Shown piece after piece: positions 36,810 to 42,310 of a stretch of 42,310 bases of DNA. The notes beneath the pieces were generated by a model. That model did no database searches, was not told the origin of the DNA, and saw nothing but the letters and a program-made list of their open reading frames with translations. The DNA comes from Dehalococcoidia bacterium. GTDB lineage: Bacteria > Chloroflexota > Dehalococcoidia > DSTF01 > JACRBR01. How positions within the stretch are numbered: the first letter of the stretch is position 1; each line of letters opens with the position of its first letter. Position numbers and translations under genes: made by a program. Location: assembly GCA_041494685.1 (NCBI GenBank), contig JBGQBE010000025.1, positions 1 through 42,310 on the forward strand. Direction: 5' to 3'.

Positions 36810-38132
36810 ATGCCCGGCTCAAGGGTCATCGGGCGCATCCTCTCCCTCGGGTTTCCGCTTCCGGGCCCGCTGGTCGACAACTACACGTTCCTCAGCGCCC
36901 CTTCGTTCTTCGACTACGACGCTATCGTCGTCGATCTCCCGGCCCTCTCGCTGCTGATCGACGGAGTGCTCGACGGCTCCGTCGAGGCCGCGACCTTCGG
37001 CGGCGCGCCCGTGCGCGCCAGCACGCCCGCGCACGGCGACGAGTCGCTCGCGGCAGCGCTGCTGCGCCGCCGCGACGAGACCGCGATGCTGCTGGACCAC
37101 GGCGGCGCGATCGTCTGCTTCGTCGCCCCACCCGCCACGCACGCCGTGCCCGGCGCCGGCGAGATCGACGACGCCTTCTGGCTGCCCGACGCCGCGGCGA
37201 GCGCCTGCCGCGCCCCAGCGCTCGCCGCCGCCGCCGGCACGAAGGTGCGCGCCAGCGACGGCCAGCACCCGCTGGCGTCGTTCATCTCTTCGCAGGCCGC
37301 GAACATCGCCTACCGCGCCCGGTTTGACGTCGCGCACATCAACGGCGCCCGCGTCTTCGCTCGCAGCGAAGGCGGTGCCGCCGTCGGCATCGAGCTGCCC
37401 GTCGAGCGCGGCCACGTCGCCCTGCTGCCCGCACTGAGCGGCACTCCCGCTGGCGACGCGCGTTATGTCATGTCCGACGCTCTCCAGGCCGGTATCCGCC
37501 GCATGCTCGGCGCCATGGCCGAGGGCCGCGAGCCCGCCTGGCTCTCCAGCTTCGCCATACCCGGCCTCGACGACCGCACCGCCGCGCTCGATGCCGCCCG
37601 CGCCGCGCGCGACGAAGCGCAAGGCGCGCTCGACGCCGCATCGCAGGCGCATGACGAGTTGGCCCGCTATCGGCGCCTGCTCTGGCAGGAAGGATCCCTC
37701 GGCCTTCACGGCGTCGTCATCGACGCGCTGCGGCTCCTCGGCTTCGACGTCTACGCCAACGACCCCAACGCCATCGAGGTGCGCGACGGCGATCGCTCCG
37801 CCCTGGTCGAGATCGAGGCGTCTGAGTACCCGATCGGCATCGCGCCGCACGAGCGCCTGCGCGACCGTACCGAGGACGCGCTCCAGCGGCGCGCGGCCGC
37901 CCCTCGCGGCGTCATCTTCGTCAACGGCCGCCGTCTGCTGGCGCCCGCCGGCCGCGAGGACGAGGTCGGCCCGGCCCTGCGCCTCGCCGCCGAGACGATG
38001 CGGTACTGCGTCGCCCCCACGTCTACACTCTTCGCCGCCGTCGCCGCCACCCTCGCCGGCGACGCGGACGCCGCCCCGGCCTACCGCCGCCGCATCCTGA
38101 CAACCGACGGCGTGCTGGCGGACCCGGACTAA
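36810..38132 (+). CDS. Conserved hypothetical protein (coiled coil followed by an alpha/beta C-terminal domain)
   Basis: Starts immediately after the galU stop; strong GC3 codon bias. Confidence 0.75.
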   Translation: MPGSRVIGRILSLGFPLPGPLVDNYTFLSAPSFFDYDAIVVDLPALSLLIDGVLDGSVEAATFGGAPVRASTPAHGDESLAAALLRRRDETAMLLDHGGAIVCFVAPPATHAVPGAGEIDDAFWLPDAAASACRAPALAAAAGTKVRASDGQHPLASFISSQAANIAYRARFDVAHINGARVFARSEGGAAVGIELPVERGHVALLPALSGTPAGDARYVMSDALQAGIRRMLGAMAEGREPAWLSSFAIPGLDDRTAALDAARAARDEAQGALDAASQAHDELARYRRLLWQEGSLGLHGVVIDALRLLGFDVYANDPNAIEVRDGDRSALVEIEASEYPIGIAPHERLRDRTEDALQRRAAAPRGVIFVNGRRLLAPAGREDEVGPALRLAAETMRYCVAPTSTLFAAVAATLAGDADAAPAYRRRILTTDGVLADPD

Positions 38133-38254
38133 GCCCCGCCCGGCCGCCGGTCCCAACGGCCCGGGCCGGATCGCCGGTGACACACAACTCCGCGCGCCGT
38201 AAGATGGACAGAGGCCCCGGCGCGACGGCCGCGGCATGAAAGGGAGAGATGCAC

Positions 38255-39490
38255 ATGCGCAAGGTAGCAGTGGTCGGCGCGGGCATGACGCGCTTCGGCA
38301 AGTACTTGGACCGCACCCTCAAGGACCTCGGCCGCGATGCCGTCGAAGCCGCCATGAAGCAGGCCGGCGTCGACAAGCCGCAGATCGAGGCCGCGATGGT
38401 CGGCAACGCCACCGCCGGCCTCATCACCGGCCAGGAGATGATCAAGGCGCAGGTCATCCTGCGCGAGATGGGCTTCGGCGACATCCCGATGATCAACACC
38501 GAGAACGCCTGCGCCAGCTCCTCCACCGCCTTCCACCTCGCGTGGCTGTACGTCGCCTCCGGCATGTACGACTGCGTGCTCGCGCTCGGCGTCGAGAAGC
38601 TCTACCACGAGGACAAGCGCCGCTCGTTCCAGGCCATCGGCTCCGCCGTCGACATGACGGCGATCGAGGAGCTCAAGAAGGCGACGGCCGCGCGCGCCCG
38701 CACCGCCGGCGAGACCGGCGACAGCGGCGAGGGCGCCGGTGAGAAGCGCTCGATGTTCATGGACTTCTACGCTGCCGGCGCGCGCGAGCACATGAAGAAG
38801 TACGGCACGACGGCCATGCAGTTCGCGAAGATCGCCGTGAAGAGCCACTACAACGCTTCGCTCAACCCCTACGCGCAGTACCGCGAGACCTACACCGTCG
38901 AGGACGTCCTCAACTCGCCCATGGTCGCCGAGCCGCTCACCCGCCTGATGTGCTCGCCGATCGGCGACGGTGCGGCCGCGCTCATCCTCTGCTCCGAGGA
39001 GAAGGCGCGCCAGCTCACCACGAAGCCCGTCTGGGTCACGGCGTCCATCCTCGGCTCCGGCAAGGACCGCGCCCCCGGCGAGCCCGGCGTCACCACCCGC
39101 ATGGCGCGCAAGGCGTACGAGAAAGCCGGCGTCGGCCCCGACGACATCGACGTCATCGAGCTGCACGACGCGTCCGCGCCGGCGGAGCTGATGGAGTACG
39201 AGGAGCTGGGACTTTGCAAGCTCGGCGAGGGCGGCCGCCTCATCGAGGACGGCGTCACGGCGCTGACCGGCAAGATCCCGGTCAACCCCAGCGGCGGCCT
39301 CCTGTCGAAGGGCCACCCGATCGGCGCCACTGGCTGCGCGCAGCTCACCGAGATCTTCTGGCAGCTCCGCGGCGAGTGCGGCGACCGCCAGGTCAAGGGC
39401 GGCAACGCCAGGATCGGCATGACCCAGAACGGCGGCGGCATGATGCGCGGCGAAGCCGCGGCGATGGCGATCCACATCCTCGAACGCTAA
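38255..39490 (+). CDS. Thiolase family protein (SCP2/SCP-x type)
   Basis: NACASS, ELHD, NPSGGLLSKGHPIGATG motifs. Confidence 0.92.
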   Translation: MRKVAVVGAGMTRFGKYLDRTLKDLGRDAVEAAMKQAGVDKPQIEAAMVGNATAGLITGQEMIKAQVILREMGFGDIPMINTENACASSSTAFHLAWLYVASGMYDCVLALGVEKLYHEDKRRSFQAIGSAVDMTAIEELKKATAARARTAGETGDSGEGAGEKRSMFMDFYAAGAREHMKKYGTTAMQFAKIAVKSHYNASLNPYAQYRETYTVEDVLNSPMVAEPLTRLMCSPIGDGAAALILCSEEKARQLTTKPVWVTASILGSGKDRAPGEPGVTTRMARKAYEKAGVGPDDIDVIELHDASAPAELMEYEELGLCKLGEGGRLIEDGVTALTGKIPVNPSGGLLSKGHPIGATGCAQLTEIFWQLRGECGDRQVKGGNARIGMTQNGGGMMRGEAAAMAIHILER

Positions 39491-39513
39491 ACCGTCGCCT
39501 CCACGATCGATCA

Positions 39514-39542
39514 AGAAAGCCCGCGCGACGCGCGGGCTTTCT
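39514..39542. terminator. Bidirectional intrinsic terminator
   Basis: AGAAAGCCCGCGC-gac-GCGCGGGCTTTCT between convergent genes. Confidence 0.8.
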
Positions 39543-39601
39543 CGTTACACGACAACTGGCGCCGTTCCCTTTGCTGTTTGCTCTTTGCTGTGCGCCCCGC
39601 C

Positions 39602-40282
39602 CTACCGCAGCCAGGCCTTCGCCCACTCGCCGATCTTCTCGCTCGCCTGGCCGATGATCGGCGTGCCGTGACCCGGCAGCGCGACGTCGAAGTCCAACTC
39701 GGCCAGCGCGAACACGCTGCGGCGCGCGGCCTCCATGTCGTGCGTCGACATCGACATCGGCAGGTGCAGCCCCAGCACGTTCATCAGCGCGTCGCCCGTG
39801 AACAGCACGCGCTGCTCCTTCGCGTAGAGCGAGATGTGCCCCGGCGTGTGGCCCGGTGTGTGTATGACGAGCAGCCCACCCGCGAACGGCAGCACGTCGC
39901 CGTCGCTCAGCGCGCGGTCCACCTTCAGCCCGTACGGCTCCGGTCCGAAACGGTCCAGGAAGCCCCACGGCGGCGGCGACGCCATCCACGGCGTCCTCCC
40001 CTCGACGTACGGCACGTCCGCCGCGTGGACGCAGAGCTGCGCGCCGCTGCGCTCGCGCAGGGCGCCCGCGTTGCCCGTGTGGTCGTAGTGGTAGTGCGTG
40101 GCCACGATCGCCCGCAGATCGTCCGCCCGGTGCCCCGTCTCATCGATCGCGCGCAGGATGCCCGCCGCCGCGTCCGTCGTGCTCGTATCGACCAGCGCGA
40201 TGCCGCCCTCCCCTTCGACGAGGTAGCTGCGCCCCATCTTCAGGCCCGCGATCGCGAACACGCCCGGCGCGACCGGCCTCAT
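39602..40282 (-). CDS. MBL-fold metallo-hydrolase
   Basis: THYHYDH, TPGHTPGH, FTGD, PGHG motifs; ATGA overlap with the PHP gene. Confidence 0.9.
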   Translation of the reverse strand: MRPVAPGVFAIAGLKMGRSYLVEGEGGIALVDTSTTDAAAGILRAIDETGHRADDLRAIVATHYHYDHTGNAGALRERSGAQLCVHAADVPYVEGRTPWMASPPPWGFLDRFGPEPYGLKVDRALSDGDVLPFAGGLLVIHTPGHTPGHISLYAKEQRVLFTGDALMNVLGLHLPMSMSTHDMEAARRSVFALAELDFDVALPGHGTPIIGQASEKIGEWAKAWLR

Positions 40283-40965
40283 GGCGCCTCCGGCGAGCTG
40301 AGCGCCGTCAGATCGAGGCGGTGCGGCTTGCCCGTCAGGTCGACCGCGTCGAAGCGCCCCGCCTTCAGCTCCTCGATCAGGTCCTCGACGCTGTGTACGT
40401 CGCGCTCGAAGTTCGTCGCCACGCGGCCGATGTCGCTGCGCGAGTGAGAGTCCGTGCCGGCCGTGCCCGGCATCTTCATGAACTCGCACAGCGCGGCCGA
40501 GAACTGGTTCTCCTTCACCGTGCCGCGGCCGTTCAGCTTCTCCAGCGCCTGGCAGTAGCCGTACGCCGGGTTCTTCGACGCGCGCATCAGCGCCTCGTGG
40601 TAGTCGCGCTCGTTCTCCATGTACCAGGGCATCTGGCGGCGGTACGGGTGCGCCGCCACCATCGCGCCGTTCGCCTCGCGCACGTGGCGCGCCAGCTCGC
40701 CCGAGCGGTGCATCCCGTACACGTACTTGTCGATGCCGTAGACCAGGATATGGCCGTCGTCGGTGTTGATCTCGATGGCCGGCAGCACCAGGTAGTCGTG
40801 GCGCTTGCCCAGCGCGATCACCTCCGCCGGATCCCACAGGTAGTCGTGCTCGCTGAGGCAGATCCCGTCCAGCCCCGCCTGCTTCGACCGCTCCACCAGG
40901 TCATCCGGAGAGAGGTACGAGTCCCAGGAGAGCGGGCGCGTATGCGTATGGAGGTCGATCAGCAA
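40279..40965 (-). CDS. PHP-domain metal-dependent phosphoesterase
   Basis: DLHTHT, SEHD, AAHPY, GTDSH motifs. Confidence 0.9.
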   Translation of the reverse strand: MLIDLHTHTRPLSWDSYLSPDDLVERSKQAGLDGICLSEHDYLWDPAEVIALGKRHDYLVLPAIEINTDDGHILVYGIDKYVYGMHRSGELARHVREANGAMVAAHPYRRQMPWYMENERDYHEALMRASKNPAYGYCQALEKLNGRGTVKENQFSAALCEFMKMPGTAGTDSHSRSDIGRVATNFERDVHSVEDLIEELKAGRFDAVDLTGKPHRLDLTALSSPEAP

Positions 40966-41261
40966 GCGGCGGCATCCTCAGATTCGGGGCAGGTTCGCGT
41001 CAGTATAGCGAAGCCCCCGCCACACGCTATCGCTGTGGGGTGTAGAGAGATAACGCCGTCCGAAACGCCCCCCGATCGTAACAAGGTCCCGCATGCCGCG
41101 TTCGCCGCGCTCAGAAGGAAGTCCACGAACACGAACGCCCCCAACGGGACGTGTCCCCTCAATCAAGCAGTGGCACGGAAGCTCCAGGAACTTAGCATGG
41201 CCGGTACCGCGATCAACTGGCTATGGCGCGCATCATCGCGTTCAGCGGCCATCGCGCCCCC

Positions 41262-41432
41262 TCACCTCCGCCGCGCCAGCACCTCGCGGTACAGCGCCTC
41301 CGTCTGTCGCGCGCACTCCCGCCACGTGAAGCGGCGCAGCGCTCGCGCGTAGCCCACCTGGCCCATCGCGCGGCAGCGCGCCGGCTGCCCCACAAGCCCC
41401 GCGATCGCCGCCGCGAGCGCCGCCGCGTCCGC
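41262..41432 (-). pseudogene. Orphan C-terminal fragment of a GT4-family glycosyltransferase
   Basis: Manual translation ADAAALAAAIAGLVGQPARCRAMGQVGYARALRRFTWRECARQTEALYREVLARRR*; no start codon or N-terminal part. Confidence 0.7.
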
Positions 41433-41436
41433 CCAC

Positions 41437-42147
41437 TTAGCTCAGCGGCGCCGTCAGCAGCGGCATCAGCCGCTCGTCCATCTTCCTCGCGCGGTCCATC
41501 AGCTCCGCCGTCGAGTCCTCCGACGTCATCCGCAGCACCGACACCGATACGAGCACCCGGCCCCGCCGGAACTGAACCACCGAGAACGAGCCGCGAATGC
41601 CCGACAGGCTGAAGCGCTCACGCACCCCGGCCACCTGGTCGCCGAGGCCCGTCACCACCAGGTCGTCGACCCCCTCGATGGTCAGCCCAAAGCAGCCCTC
41701 GAACACCCGCGTGTCGTCGCGCGCCGTGGCCTGGGAGTACGTCAGCATGTTCGCGGCGCCGTCCGGCGTCCCGTAGACGTCGATGTCGCTCTCGACGCTG
41801 CCGGCGTTCGTGCCGTCCGACTCTACGGAGCCGAACGAACGAGTGAAGCCACGTGTCCAGCCGTACTTGCTCAACGCAGCCGCTTCCTTCGATGGCTGGC
41901 AGGAGCTGTTCGCTCGCGACGTCAGCGTCGCTGTTCCGGATCCGTCCTCAGGCTGGTACCCTTCGTAGCGCGCGCCCCATTCGCCGAGCGCCAGCGGGAT
42001 CAGCGCCATCTCTTCGTCCGTCAGGTCGCGGTGCGTCACCGCCGCCGTCGGCGCCGTCGTCGGTGCCGGGCGCGCCGGGGCCGCCTTGCCACCGCAGGCC
42101 CCCGCCACCGCGAGGCAAACAGTCATGACCAGCAGCGCTCGTCTCAC
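41437..42147 (-). CDS. Hypothetical lipoprotein
   Basis: GGAGG RBS, GTG 42147, basic-hydrophobic signal peptide with AGAC lipobox. Confidence 0.75.
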   Translation of the reverse strand: MRRALLVMTVCLAVAGACGGKAAPARPAPTTAPTAAVTHRDLTDEEMALIPLALGEWGARYEGYQPEDGSGTATLTSRANSSCQPSKEAAALSKYGWTRGFTRSFGSVESDGTNAGSVESDIDVYGTPDGAANMLTYSQATARDDTRVFEGCFGLTIEGVDDLVVTGLGDQVAGVRERFSLSGIRGSFSVVQFRRGRVLVSVSVLRMTSEDSTAELMDRARKMDERLMPLLTAPLS

Positions 42148-42310
42148 GTAGCACCTCCGCAATCAGCCCGCCCGCCGGGACGGCAGGCGCCCACGGGAGG
42201 GCGCGCCCTCCCGTAAGGGTTGTCGGCAGGTCGCGATTGCTTCTGTAGCGAAGGAGTAAGCCCCGGACTACACGATCCAGTCGTCCTGAATCTGGCTACG
42301 CCTCCGTACC

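Noticed and set aside
38129..39514. Long antisense or alternate-frame ORFs (e.g. 38129-39514, 36819-38237, 15463-16908, 12782-13564, 40321-41352)
   Set aside because: Shadow ORFs of high-GC genes that have clear family motifs on the opposite strand.

Overview
High-GC bacterial DNA; gene content suggests a Chloroflexota/Dehalococcoidia-like host (inference only). About 31.2 kb (479-31763) is a genomic island integrated in the 3' half of a tRNA-Arg(UCG) gene. It is bounded by a 45-bp direct repeat, and its tyrosine recombinase is frameshifted. An IS481-family right end lies just outside it. Island cargo: (i) a signalling cluster of two tandem Tat-lipoprotein solute-binding proteins, a hybrid histidine kinase, a single-domain response regulator, a REC-cyclase-Ser/Thr kinase fusion with WNK-type lysine placement, an esterase, and an FHA-winged-helix regulator with matching 11-bp-period boxes in a duplicated promoter; (ii) assorted enzymes (L,D-transpeptidase, SDR, GNATs, nitronate-monooxygenase family); (iii) a protein with a symmetric 11-residue-periodic Cys/Trp ladder; (iv) a cobalamin-riboswitch-controlled ECF uptake operon with two surface proteins; (v) a nirA-narK operon whose third gene is a cytoplasmic sulfite-oxidase-family Mo protein instead of a canonical NarB/NasA nitrate reductase. 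The remaining ~10.5 kb looks like core chromosome: tRNA-Arg, tRNA-His, dut, a beta-lactamase-fold protein with CxxN in place of SxxK, a sortase-type cupredoxin, galU, thiolase, MBL and PHP hydrolases, a GT4 fragment and a lipoprotein. All calls come from motif recognition by eye; no database searches were run.
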